DNA of 64,000 bases from Desulfosudaceae bacterium (GTDB lineage Bacteria; Desulfobacterota; Desulfobacteria; Desulfobacterales; Desulfosudaceae), in assembly GCA_963674745.2 (NCBI GenBank), contig CAXXDV010000001.1, positions 2,048,001 through 2,112,000 on the forward strand. Reading direction: 5' to 3'. The position numbers and the translations under genes were made by a program. Within the stretch, counting starts at the first letter, position 1, and every line of letters begins with the position of its first letter. Below are positions 1 to 9,593 of this stretch, one piece after another. The notes under the pieces are model-generated. The model had not been told where the DNA came from. It worked only from the letters and a program-made list of their open reading frames with translations, and made no database searches.

Positions 1-1314
1 GGCCACCTGCCGTTTTCCGGCTTCACCCCGAAGCTGGCAGATCAGCTCAAAAAGCTGTGCCAACCCGGAGGCGCCGATGGGATGACCGCGGGACGTCAGG
101 CCGCCGCTGGTATTGATGGGAATTTTACCGTCAAGGCGGGTGGCGCCGGATTCGGCCAGCCGTCCGCCTTCCCCCCGGGGACAGAAGCCGAGGTTCTCGG
201 CCTGCACCAGCTCACCGTAAGCGGTGGCGTCGTGCACTTCGGCCATGCTCATGTCTTCCGGCCCCAGTCCGGATACCTCGTAGGCCTTTTTTGCCAGTCG
301 TTCGCCGATATCCGGCTTATCGGAATCAATTTCTCTGTTTTGGCCGGAACCCAGAATGGAGGCCCGTATCCGGACGGCCCGGGACGACAGGCCCAGGCGT
401 TTGACCACTTCCTCCGAGCAGACAATGGCGGAAGCCGCACCGTCACCGATGGGCGCGCACATGGAACGTGTCAGGGGAAAACTGACAATCCGGTCGGCCA
501 GAACCTTTTCCACCGGCACCTCAAAGGTATACTGGGCGTTTGGGTTCAGGGTGCTGTTGAAATGGTTCTTGGAAGCAATTTGGGCCAGCTGTTCTATGGT
601 GCTGCCGTACTTGCGCATGTGCTGGCGGGCGGCAAACCCGTATACATCCATAAACGGTGAATGATCCCCGGCGGAAAGCTTACTCATTTTTCTGACCGCG
701 TTATATCCCAGCCGTTCGCCCAGTTGAATGGCGACGGTGAGCTGGTCCTTGGTCTCTTTTATCCGGTCTTTGATGGGTTTTTTCCGCTTTTTCCCCCGGC
801 TGCCGTCGTCCACGGGCGGCTGGTATTTCTGTTTGAACGCTTCTAAGGCCTTTTTCTCTTCATCATTCAATGAATAAACGGACAGGCTTTCGGCGATCTC
901 CACGCAGTTTTCAAAATCAATACCGCCCAGGAATCCGGCGAATATGGCCGACTTGTTGGTGCTGTATAATTTTTCCGCGCCCACCGCCATGGTGACATCG
1001 TACAGCCCGCTGGCTACGCCCAACCATGCATGATGAAAGGCCGTAGACCCGCTGGCACAGGCATTCTCAACATTGGTAATGGGAATGGTATCAATGCCGA
1101 TGGGACGCAGGGCCACCTGGCCGCGGATACAATCCTGACCGCCGCCGTAGCCCCACCCGGAGTTTGAAAACCAGAGGGCCTGTATCTCCTTTTTTTCAAG
1201 CCCGGCATCTTCCAGGCAACCATGAACCGTCATGGCGGAAAGGTCCTTTATGCTTTTGTCAAGGTACTTGGCGAACTTGATCATGTGTGAACCGACAACA
1301 TAAACATCTCTCAT
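1..1314 (-). CDS. Thiolase family protein (SCP2/SCP-x-type), 3' end runs off the window
   Basis: Missing from the ORF track (no stop in window). Manual translation from ATG 1314 (GAGG RBS upstream): MRDVYVVGSHMIKFAKYL...NVENACASGSTAF...EVHDATAYGE...INTSGGLTSRGHPIGASG, which are thiolase motifs. Confidence 0.92.
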   Translation of the reverse strand, partial: MRDVYVVGSHMIKFAKYLDKSIKDLSAMTVHGCLEDAGLEKKEIQALWFSNSGWGYGGGQDCIRGQVALRPIGIDTIPITNVENACASGSTAFHHAWLGVASGLYDVTMAVGAEKLYSTNKSAIFAGFLGGIDFENCVEIAESLSVYSLNDEEKKALEAFKQKYQPPVDDGSRGKKRKKPIKDRIKETKDQLTVAIQLGERLGYNAVRKMSKLSAGDHSPFMDVYGFAARQHMRKYGSTIEQLAQIASKNHFNSTLNPNAQYTFEVPVEKVLADRIVSFPLTRSMCAPIGDGAASAIVCSEEVVKRLGLSSRAVRIRASILGSGQNREIDSDKPDIGERLAKKAYEVSGLGPEDMSMAEVHDATAYGELVQAENLGFCPRGEGGRLAESGATRLDGKIPINTSGGLTSRGHPIGASGLAQLFELICQLRGEAGKRQVA

Positions 1315-1368
1315 ATTATCACCTCGTTGTTTGCTTTGGGTCTTGGAAATGTCATTCTAAATTTTCAT

Positions 1369-1397
1369 TTTATAGCCTGCTGCATGCTGTTTGTCAA
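1369..1397 (-). promoter_or_regulatory. Sigma70-type promoter of the thiolase gene
   Basis: Minus strand TTGACA-17 nt-TATAAA, ~55 nt upstream of ATG 1314. Confidence 0.6.
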
Positions 1398-1559
1398 TCA
1401 AAATTCTACGATCGCAAAAGAAAAATGCAATACTTTGTTTTTTGGTAAAAACTGTTTTTTTATGGGGCAGGACAGGTCGCCGGAAACGGCACTGGCAGTA
1501 CGTGAAAATCCGAAGGGTGCCGTGCAACGCAGAGATTGGGCTTTTTAAGAAACCAGCAA

Positions 1560-2264
1560 TTATGCGGCAGTCATAAAGGGTGAAACGCCCAGGTAAATGC
1601 CGAAGCCGGCCATAAAAATCGCGCAGCAACCCAGGATACCGTAGTATACTTTCCGATTCAGTCGGCGCACCCCCCAGAAGGAAAGGACAGAAACAAGAAA
1701 ATACCAGGCCAGGTCACCGGCCTCGTGACCGATAAAAAAGGCCAGAAAACCCGACAGGTTGTTAAACGATACATTGAATTCCATCATAAAGGCAAAACCG
1801 ATGGTCGCCCACCATATCCACCAGTAAGGGTTGGACATGGACACCAGGGCGCCGCCCGCAACCGGGTTGCCCAGCAGGCGTTTGGTCCGGGCCGGGTTGC
1901 CGGTTGATTCCGGGGCCGGTACTTCATCATTAAACTCATCGGGTATTCGTTCCCGATACAAATCCCGAAGAATCGACAAGCCAAACAGGACCAGTACGAT
2001 GCCGCCGGTCACCCCGATCATTTTGGCGGTGATCTCTTTCTGCATAAAAGAGGAGAAATCGGCCAGCAGCAAAAGCAGAAGGATAATGGCCGCTTCAATC
2101 AGGGCATGCCCGGTAATGACCCATACGCCGACCAGGTAACCCCTTTTGCGTGCGCGGGCGGATTTGACAATAGTATAGGTCAATAACGGACCCGGAGCCA
2201 TGGCACCGGTCAAAGCGACCACAAAGGACAAACCCATAATAGTGAAGAAAAAAGGTGGTTCCAT
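1560..2264 (-). CDS. LysE family translocator
   Basis: ALTGAMAPGPL, GHALIE and NPYWWIWWATIG motifs; hydrophobic. Confidence 0.85.
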   Translation of the reverse strand: MEPPFFFTIMGLSFVVALTGAMAPGPLLTYTIVKSARARKRGYLVGVWVITGHALIEAAIILLLLLLADFSSFMQKEITAKMIGVTGGIVLVLFGLSILRDLYRERIPDEFNDEVPAPESTGNPARTKRLLGNPVAGGALVSMSNPYWWIWWATIGFAFMMEFNVSFNNLSGFLAFFIGHEAGDLAWYFLVSVLSFWGVRRLNRKVYYGILGCCAIFMAGFGIYLGVSPFMTAA

Positions 2265-2508
2265 CAGGATGCCAAATTGTCAAGAAATAGAATTTCTGTT
2301 TTCCAGGTAGTAAGCGGCCTGAATATTAAGCAGCGACTTTTCAGTAAAAACAGATGGTATTAGATATCATTCGGTTGAGCTGTTTAACTTCGGTGTTGAT
2401 GGTACCCGAGCGAGATCACAAAAATTATGCGCCTAAAACTTAACACCTAACACCTTAAAACCAGGAACTTTAATGTAACAAAAAAACTCAAATTGCCTAT
2501 AAGTTACA

Positions 2509-2580
2509 TAATCACTTAACCACTTAATCACTTAACCACTTAATCACATAACCACCTAAAACTTTAACACTCTAAAACGC
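2509..2580. repeat. Degenerate 8-bp tandem repeat (TAA[T/C]CACT)n
   Basis: taatcact taaccact taatcact taaccact taatcaca taaccacc taaaactt taacactc taaaacgc read directly; related 7-mers near 2434-2455. Confidence 0.8.
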
Positions 2581-2649
2581 TTTCCTGATAGCAGTTTCAG
2601 GGCTGGTGCCAAAAAACGGCCGTCCGGGACGACGCTGATCGGGGACGAG

Positions 2650-3192
2650 TCAAAACCGCTCATAATGGGTAAATTCTTCGATCTCCCGGCGTTTAGGGGC
2701 TTTGGATGGTTTGGCCGGATAACCGACGGGAATCATGGTGACCACTTCGTATCCTTCGGGCACACCGAGAACCCCGGCCACTTTGTTGTGATCAAACAGG
2801 CCCATGACAACCGCTCCCAGCCCCATGTCCTGGGCCTGGAGGCAGATATTCTGGGCGGCAACACCAATGTCGAACATGAACCAGTCGCCGAATTTGGTCG
2901 TGACGACATCCTTATAAAAACCGGAGCTTTTCAGCTTGGCGCACACGATCAGCACCACCGGTGCCGCAATCACCGATTTCTGGGCGGGATTGCCTTTGAG
3001 AACCGCTTCGGCAAGCTGTTCTTTTGTGGCCTGTTCACGAACCACGATGACTTCCCAGCACTGGGTGTTGGCCCAGGACTGGGCCCATTGGACCGATTCA
3101 AGCAGTTCTTTGACCGCTTCTTCGGAAACGGGTTTGTCCTCATATTTTCTGACGCTTCTTCTGTTTTTGATCGCTTCCATGACACAACTCAT
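2650..3192 (-). CDS. Nitroreductase family protein
   Basis: AIKNRRSVRKY, SWANTQCWEVIVV, DIGVAAQNICL, IPVGYP. Confidence 0.92.
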   Translation of the reverse strand: MSCVMEAIKNRRSVRKYEDKPVSEEAVKELLESVQWAQSWANTQCWEVIVVREQATKEQLAEAVLKGNPAQKSVIAAPVVLIVCAKLKSSGFYKDVVTTKFGDWFMFDIGVAAQNICLQAQDMGLGAVVMGLFDHNKVAGVLGVPEGYEVVTMIPVGYPAKPSKAPKRREIEEFTHYERF

Positions 3193-3234
3193 GACGCCCT
3201 CCTCTATTTTGACGGTTGCTCCAAATTACCCGGG

Positions 3235-3945
3235 TTATACCAGACGCCCCCGTTCGATATATTCCACATCTTCGACTTCAATGGCATGAACAATATGGCG
3301 GTTCATGCGGCGCTTCATTTCGCCGACGGTTTTTCTGTCTTTGTTGAATTTTTTGGCAAAGGTCATGGTTTCGTTCATCAAATCATCAAGGTGACAGGCT
3401 TTGGTGATGATATGATGCGCTTCACATTCCTCGGCGGTCAAGCGGGCGCCAAGGTATTGCATTTCGTCCATTTTATAAAGCGGAATGGCTGATTTGAGCA
3501 GTTCCAGCATGCCCGGCAGAAAGGGAATGCCCAGATCCACTTCCGGAAAGCAGAAAAAGCCCCGGTCGGACCGCATCAGCCGGAAATCAAAAGCGCACGA
3601 CAGGATAGCGCCGCCGGCAAAGGCATGGCCGGAAATGGCCGCGATGGTGATCATGGGGCTGGTCACCAGCCGTTTGAACATGTCGTTCTGTTTGTAAAGG
3701 AAGTTTTTAACCTCATCGACCTGACCGGCATTAATGAAACCGGACAGCCAGTCCAGGTCGATGCCGTTTGAGAATATTTTTTCATGAGAAGAGGTGACAA
3801 TCATGGTGAGGGCGCTGGTTTCGTTCTCAATCTTATCCATGACGGATAAAAACGCCTCCAGAAAGTCATTGTTGAATCGATTCTCGCCGTCGTTTAAAGA
3901 TACAACCGCCACCTCGTTTTCCAGCGTGTAGGTAACCTTGTCCAT
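3235..3945 (-). CDS. Enoyl-CoA hydratase/isomerase family protein
   Basis: FSNGIDL, AAISGHAFAGG, FCFPEVDLG crotonase motifs. Confidence 0.92.
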   Translation of the reverse strand: MDKVTYTLENEVAVVSLNDGENRFNNDFLEAFLSVMDKIENETSALTMIVTSSHEKIFSNGIDLDWLSGFINAGQVDEVKNFLYKQNDMFKRLVTSPMITIAAISGHAFAGGAILSCAFDFRLMRSDRGFFCFPEVDLGIPFLPGMLELLKSAIPLYKMDEMQYLGARLTAEECEAHHIITKACHLDDLMNETMTFAKKFNKDRKTVGEMKRRMNRHIVHAIEVEDVEYIERGRLV

Positions 3946-4038
3946 AGCTTCTCCTTGCGTATGATAGTCCGGAATTTAAGCCGTCAGATATAAAAAAATT
4001 TAACTATCATGAAAGCGTCTGAACGTCAATCTTGCAAC

Positions 4039-4080
4039 AAAAAACAAAACCCGCCCCATCACTGCGTGATGAAGCGGGTT
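4039..4080 (-). terminator. Probable intrinsic terminator after the HesB-like gene
   Basis: Hairpin AACCCGC..CATCA/TGATG..GCGGGTT followed on the minus strand by a T-rich tract. Confidence 0.65.
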
Positions 4081-4102
4081 CATGAATATATATTAGATTA
4101 GA

Positions 4103-4423
4103 TCAGCTGCAGCAGGAACCTTTATCGCCGCAACTGCCGCATCCCTGACCCAGATCAATACTGGACGAGATGGCAAATCCGTAATTGGTAAAATCAACCT
4201 TGACCGGTTTTGCCTTTTCCAGGAAAACCGTGTCAACGACAAACTGGTAATTACCAATATCATGGACCGTGTCAGTATCTTTTGGCTCATCCAGAGCCAT
4301 TGCAAAAGATGGTCCGCCTCAACCGCCTTCGTTCAGAAAGATTCTTATGGGAGAAACCTCTCTGTCCTTGAAATATTCGCCGATCTGCTCTTGCGCAGGG
4401 GCTGTCACTTCAACGTCACTCAT
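4103..4423 (-). CDS. HesB/IscA-like selenoprotein (106 aa, UGA at codon 35)
   Basis: AGGAGG RBS, ATG 4423: MSDVEVTAPAQEQIGEYFKDREVSPIRIFLNEGG-(TGA 4319-4321)-GGPSFAMALDEPKD...; the UGA occupies the conserved GGC/U position. The ORF track shows only the part after the UGA. Confidence 0.88.
4277..4310 (-). promoter_or_regulatory. Putative bacterial SECIS hairpin
   Basis: Just 3' of the UGA: ATCTTTT-gcaa-TGGCTC-TGGAT-GAGCCA-AAAGAT stem-loop with G in the apical loop. Confidence 0.7.
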
Positions 4424-4598
4424 TATAACCTCCTGAAAACATAAAATTAACCGGGATAAGTCCCTGGCCTGTCTTGTTAAAACGCCAGTTACTGTCCGGC
4501 AGTTTCAACGCTCTTTGTGTTATAAGTTAAGAATCAACCCACAGGTTGTCAACCATAATCTGTTAAGTGTTTGAAAATATTGAAATAACCTGAAGGGT

Positions 4599-5126
4599 TT
4601 ACATAACTTCATTCATAATCTGCTGATATGTATCAAAATCGTGTTTTGAGAACACCGCCAGCACAATTTTTTCAATGTCCGGGTATTTTTTAAGGCAATC
4701 ACATATGGTTGTTACGGCAATTCGGCAGGCTTTTTTTATCGGATAACCGTAGACACCGCAACTGATGGCCGGAAAAGCAACTGACGATAACTGATGATCA
4801 GCTGCCAGCGCCAGGCTGTTTTCGTAGCAGGCGGCCAGCAGGCGGGGGACCTCCGGGTTGCTCCGGCTGTATACCGGGCCCACCGTATGAATGACATGTT
4901 TTGCCGGGAGGTTATAGCCTTTGGTAATTTTGGCTTCTCCGGTGAGACATCCGCCCAGCGTCCGGCACTCGTCCAGAAGTTCAGGGCCGGCCGCGCGATG
5001 AATGGCACCGTCCACACCGCCGCCGCCCAGAAGGCTTTTATTGGCGGCATTGACAATGGCATCAACTTCCAGGGTGGTGATGTCGCCCTGCCAGATGTTG
5101 ATTTTATTAGGTTTTTGTTGGCTCAT
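4599..5126 (-). CDS. ymdB: Macro domain protein (O-acetyl-ADP-ribose deacetylase, YmdB-like)
   Basis: [49 protein letters not shown]; start taken at MSQQK. Confidence 0.9.
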   Translation of the reverse strand: [175 protein letters not shown]

Positions 5127-5280
5127 ATGGCTTTTCCACGTATATTTTTGAATCATATCATATTTATCGGAAAAAATCAAAAAAAATGAATTACGACGGC
5201 CTGTTGTCTTCCCGGTTGACTTGGCCGGCTGATTCAGGTATCAGGCATTAAACTTGAAATGAAAATAAGGAGATGTGATT

Positions 5281-5697
5281 ATGGAACAGACACTGTCGAT
5301 TATCAAACCGGACGCGGTCGAGCGCGGACTCATCGGGGATGTTGTCAAGCGGTTGGAAAAAGAAGGCTTTATCATTGCCGCCATGAAAATGATTCATATG
5401 ACCAAGGCCCAGGTTGAAGGGTTTTACGCCGTCCATCGGGAACGTCCCTTTTTTGGCAGCCTGACCGACTTTATGTGCTCCGGGCCTTGCGTGGTGATGG
5501 TGCTCAAAGGGGATGACGTTATTAAACGCTATCGGGATGTCATGGGCGCCACCAATTACAAAGATGCCGCCGAAGGCACCCTTCGCCGGGAATTTGCCAC
5601 GGACATCGAAAAGAACGTGGTTCATGGTTCAGATGCCCCGGACACGGCTGCCTTTGAAATCGGATATTTTTTCAACGCTTTTGAAATCGTCAAATAA
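5281..5697 (+). CDS. ndk: Nucleoside diphosphate kinase
   Basis: EQTLSIIKPDAV...NVVHGSD. Confidence 0.97.
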   Translation: MEQTLSIIKPDAVERGLIGDVVKRLEKEGFIIAAMKMIHMTKAQVEGFYAVHRERPFFGSLTDFMCSGPCVVMVLKGDDVIKRYRDVMGATNYKDAAEGTLRREFATDIEKNVVHGSDAPDTAAFEIGYFFNAFEIVK

Positions 5698-6455
5698 TGA
5701 CCCTGCCAGCCGTTTTGGAAAACACGGCCATTATCCTGGTACGGCCCCGGTTTCCGGAGAATATCGGGGCCTGTTGCCGGGCCGTCAGGAATATGGGCAT
5801 CGGCCGTCTGATTGTCGTGGCCCCTGAAAATTTCGACCGCCATCGGATTGAAAGAATGGCCACCCATGCCGCGGCCGACGTGGTAGAAGCCATTGCTGTT
5901 TGTGATACGGTGGAGGAGGCCGTTTCGCCGTTCACCTATATTGCCGGCACCACCGCCCGCCAGGGCAAGCAACGACAGATGGTGCTCTCCCCGGATCAAA
6001 TGGCCCGAAAACTCGTGTCCCTCGGTTCGGACAATAAAATGGCCATAATGTTCGGGCCCGAAGACCGGGGTCTGGAAAACAACGAACTCCGGTATTGCCA
6101 CAACCTGATCACCATTTCGACAGCGGAATTTTCTTCGCTCAACCTGGCCCAGGCGGTCATGATTGTCTGTTACGAAATTTTTCGTGCCGCCGCCACGCGG
6201 GAAGCGGAATTCCAGCCCCGCCTCGCCACCCACCACGAACTGGAAGGTATGTACGGCCATCTGAGAGACGCGCTGATCAAGATCGATTTTGTTAATCGTG
6301 ATAATCCCGATTACTGGATGAACAACTTCCGCCGGTTTTTTGCCCGTGTCGGCCTGACCGCCAAGGAGGTTCGGCTGGTTCGCGGTATCTGTCGGCAGAT
6401 CAACTGGTATGGGAATAAGCGCTATGAAGATGGCAAAAAAGAAAGCGCCCGCTGA
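5697..6455 (+). CDS. trmJ: TrmJ/LasT family SPOUT RNA methyltransferase
   Basis: PENIGACCRA, FGPEDRGL, SSLNLAQAV. Confidence 0.88.
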   Translation: MTLPAVLENTAIILVRPRFPENIGACCRAVRNMGIGRLIVVAPENFDRHRIERMATHAAADVVEAIAVCDTVEEAVSPFTYIAGTTARQGKQRQMVLSPDQMARKLVSLGSDNKMAIMFGPEDRGLENNELRYCHNLITISTAEFSSLNLAQAVMIVCYEIFRAAATREAEFQPRLATHHELEGMYGHLRDALIKIDFVNRDNPDYWMNNFRRFFARVGLTAKEVRLVRGICRQINWYGNKRYEDGKKESAR

Positions 6456-6501
6456 AAATTGTCTTTTGACCACCTCTGCAAGGCACAGGACGCAAATCCA
6501 T

Positions 6502-6525
6502 GTAGGGGCACGGCGTGCCGTGCCC
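6502..6525 (+). repeat. GTAG-type REP palindrome
   Basis: GTAGGGGCACGGC-GT-GCCGTGCCC between convergent genes. Confidence 0.75.
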
Positions 6526-6554
6526 GATCATCGCCGAAGGACGAAAGATTCAGG

Positions 6555-7949
6555 TTAGTGGCTTGCCCGGTATTCTGCCAGCGACGCCTGAATGTCTTCG
6601 ATCAGCTCTTTCGGGAAGATCCTTCCGGCCAGTTTTTTCTGGACTTTTTTACTGGCTTCTTTGATGACTTTCATATCTTCGGCTGAGAATATTACGGGGG
6701 TCATCCCGCATTTTGATTCAAAGGCCTTGATACATTTGGCTTCATAACTTCTGACCTGCTGCCGCCATTCGGGCTCAAGAGAATTGAACAGGGAAACAAT
6801 AATCTCCTGAACATTGAAGGCAAAGTTATCGGACGCCCCTGTCTGGGCCTGGATTTTGTCTTTGGTCTGGGTGCTGACGACAATGGCCGCCGGGGAATAG
6901 AACAGCGGTGGTTTGATAATATAATTGACATATTGATAGGCCTGCATTCCCAAAAACCAGGCCGCCGGGCCGGTGGCGGTGTCGGCCAGTCCGGTACTGA
7001 GGGCGGAGATTGCCTCGGGTACGGCCACGGGAATGGCATTGATCTTCAGCTCATCAAATAAAGTGGTCTCTACCACGCCGAACCAGGTATACGGCTTCTG
7101 CTTTCTGAGGTCTGCCAGCCCGGTTACTTTGTATTTTGAAAAAAAGTAGAAAAACCCGGTGTCAATCAGGGCACCCAGGATGTACCCCTTTTTTTCAAAG
7201 CCTTCATCCAGCCGTTTCCTGAATTTTTTCAGAATATAGTCAACTTCGTCGTAATTGTCGAACAAAGCCGGCATCAAGAGCGCCGACGCATCCGGAGAAG
7301 CCGTCAAAACGCCTACAGCCGTACAACCGCAGCCGTCAAGCTGGCCGACATCCATTTTTCTCAATATGTCGGCATCTTCTCCCATGACACCGCCGCCGTA
7401 TATTTTTAATTTAACCTTACCGCCTGTCAGTCGATCAAGTTCTGGAATCGCTACGGTTTCCGGTATGAGCAACCAGGGTGTGCCCGGAGGCGCCAGGGTG
7501 CCGACTTTGATCAGGATGGGGTTGTCTTTTTCAACCGGTGATGACCCCACGCGCCACAAAATTTTCTTGAAATCCGGCCACTCCATGACCGGAGAAAAAA
7601 GCGCGTTGATACGTTCCGGCATTTCGTTCAGAAGATATCGGGACGTCTTATGCTGATCCATCAGGGAAAGCAGGGCCGCTTCGACCATGGATTCAAGCTT
7701 GCTTTTTTGTAATTCACCGGTGTTCAAAAGGGTTTTTAACGCCTGCTGCTGCCGTGCCGCTTCAGGTCCGTCATCCTGACCGGCCCACAAGACCGTCAGG
7801 TTGTCTTTGATAAGGCGCTGCGCTTTCTGGTCGGAAACGCTTGCCGCTGTAACGGTTAATGCCTGGCCCGTGATAAATGTTAAAAGAAGGATGAAAAGGA
7901 AGCCTTTTCGCAAGGGGGCTTTTTTGGCCGGAAAATCAAAAACAATCAT
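6555..7949 (-). CDS. dctP: TRAP substrate-binding protein (DctP/TatP type) with N-terminal extension, paralog 6
   Basis: KVGTLAPPGTPW...KIYGGGVMGED..ILRKM.VGQLDG; signal peptide. Confidence 0.88.
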   Translation of the reverse strand: MIVFDFPAKKAPLRKGFLFILLLTFITGQALTVTAASVSDQKAQRLIKDNLTVLWAGQDDGPEAARQQQALKTLLNTGELQKSKLESMVEAALLSLMDQHKTSRYLLNEMPERINALFSPVMEWPDFKKILWRVGSSPVEKDNPILIKVGTLAPPGTPWLLIPETVAIPELDRLTGGKVKLKIYGGGVMGEDADILRKMDVGQLDGCGCTAVGVLTASPDASALLMPALFDNYDEVDYILKKFRKRLDEGFEKKGYILGALIDTGFFYFFSKYKVTGLADLRKQKPYTWFGVVETTLFDELKINAIPVAVPEAISALSTGLADTATGPAAWFLGMQAYQYVNYIIKPPLFYSPAAIVVSTQTKDKIQAQTGASDNFAFNVQEIIVSLFNSLEPEWRQQVRSYEAKCIKAFESKCGMTPVIFSAEDMKVIKEASKKVQKKLAGRIFPKELIEDIQASLAEYRASH

Positions 7950-7975
7950 CGTTCACCTCGGTATTTATAGTGTTT

Positions 7976-9403
7976 TTATGGATTATGGGTTTTTCTGTAA
8001 TCTGTCAGCGTTTGTTGAATATCACCTATCAATTCTGCGCTGAAAACCTTTCCGGTCAGTTTCTGCTGAACGGCTCGTTCCGCTTTTTTGATAAGCGCCA
8101 TATCTTCGGATGAAAATGTCAATGCCTGCATACCGCATTTGGTTTCAAACGCCTTGAGGCTTTTTGCTTCGTAAAGGCGTATCTGTCGCTTCCACTCCGG
8201 TTCCAGGGTAATGAATTCCGAAACCAGCATTTCCTGGAAATTTTGCGCAAAGACGTCAGTGACACCCAGATGCTTCTGCAGCCGGTCTTTAATATCGGTG
8301 CTGGTAATAACGGCCGCGGGAGAATAGGAAAGGGGCGGTTTGAGATAAAATCCGACGTATTGATACGCCTGCATACCCAGCATCCAGGCCGCGGGGGACA
8401 ATGTCGCGTCGAATTTACCGGAACTGAGGGCGGATACGGTTTCAGGGGATTTCACATGGACGGCCTTGAGGCCCAGTTCGTCATAAAAGGTGGTTTCCAG
8501 AATGCCGAACCAGGTCTGAATTTTCTGGTTTTTAAGCCCCTCCAGGCCGGACACATAATTTTTTAAAAAAACATTGAAAAAGCCGGTGTCAATCAGGGCG
8601 GCCAGAAGGTATCCTCTTTTTTCAAACGCCTCGTCCAGCCGTTTTCTGAATTTTTCACAGATGAAATCCACTTCTTCATAATTGTTGAACAGGCCGGGCA
8701 GTAACAGTACCGAGGCTTCGGGACAGGCCCCCAGGACACCCAGTGCGGTACAGCCGCAACCGTCCAGTTGACCGGTTTTCATTTTTTCCAGGACATCGGG
8801 ATCTTCTCCCATAACACCGCTGCCGTATATCTGGATCAGGATTTTTTTTCCGCTTAATGCTTCAATATCGGCAATAACCGTATCTTCCGGAAGGTTCAGC
8901 CATGGCGTGCCGGGCGGGGCCAAAGTGCCGACCTTTATTTTAAACGGATTATCTGGGTCGGCTGCCGATGACAATTCCTTCCAGATGATGCCGCGCATTT
9001 CTTTCCAGTTCAGGTGGGGTGAAAAGAGCGTGTTAAACTGTTCCGGCAGGGCTTTTAACGTATATCGTGACGTTTTATGACGATTCAGAATGGAAAGAAT
9101 CGTTGCTTCCATCATGCTTTCAAGCTCTGCTTTCTTGATTGCCCCGGATGACAGCATGCTTTTTAATGCTTTTTGCCGTGATATCAATTCCGGGCCGAAT
9201 GACCGTCCGGTCCATAAGTCTTCCAGGCTGTCACGCAGAATGTTTTGAAATTTCTGTTTGGCGATGTCCGTCGCCATAGCGGTGCGCGCCTGGCAGAAAA
9301 TCACCATTATCAGCACAAAGCACAGGATGGCCGGTGATCTTTTCATTTTCGTTCGACAATTAAAAACGGTCATAAGGCTTTCTCCGGTTATATAAGGCCT
9401 CAA
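7976..9403 (-). CDS. dctP: TRAP substrate-binding protein (DctP/TatP type), paralog 5
   Basis: Same motifs; true start probably the downstream MKRSP. Confidence 0.88.
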   Translation of the reverse strand: MRPYITGESLMTVFNCRTKMKRSPAILCFVLIMVIFCQARTAMATDIAKQKFQNILRDSLEDLWTGRSFGPELISRQKALKSMLSSGAIKKAELESMMEATILSILNRHKTSRYTLKALPEQFNTLFSPHLNWKEMRGIIWKELSSAADPDNPFKIKVGTLAPPGTPWLNLPEDTVIADIEALSGKKILIQIYGSGVMGEDPDVLEKMKTGQLDGCGCTALGVLGACPEASVLLLPGLFNNYEEVDFICEKFRKRLDEAFEKRGYLLAALIDTGFFNVFLKNYVSGLEGLKNQKIQTWFGILETTFYDELGLKAVHVKSPETVSALSSGKFDATLSPAAWMLGMQAYQYVGFYLKPPLSYSPAAVITSTDIKDRLQKHLGVTDVFAQNFQEMLVSEFITLEPEWKRQIRLYEAKSLKAFETKCGMQALTFSSEDMALIKKAERAVQQKLTGKVFSAELIGDIQQTLTDYRKTHNP

Positions 9404-9593
9404 TCCAACACAGTCTTTATAAAATCAATTATAGTAAAAAAGCTGTAAGTCAAAATGTCAAGAGACATTCGGATTGATGCCTTTCCGAATACCTGCCGGT
9501 GCTTTTGACATGTCAACGAGAAGGTACTGAAAGAATATCGTATCGGGCCGATTCATTTATTTGAAAGGCCCGGGCGGCCGGAATCAGTTCCGG

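Noticed and set aside
82..1223. Track ORFs at the window start
   Set aside because: Shadows of the minus-strand thiolase.
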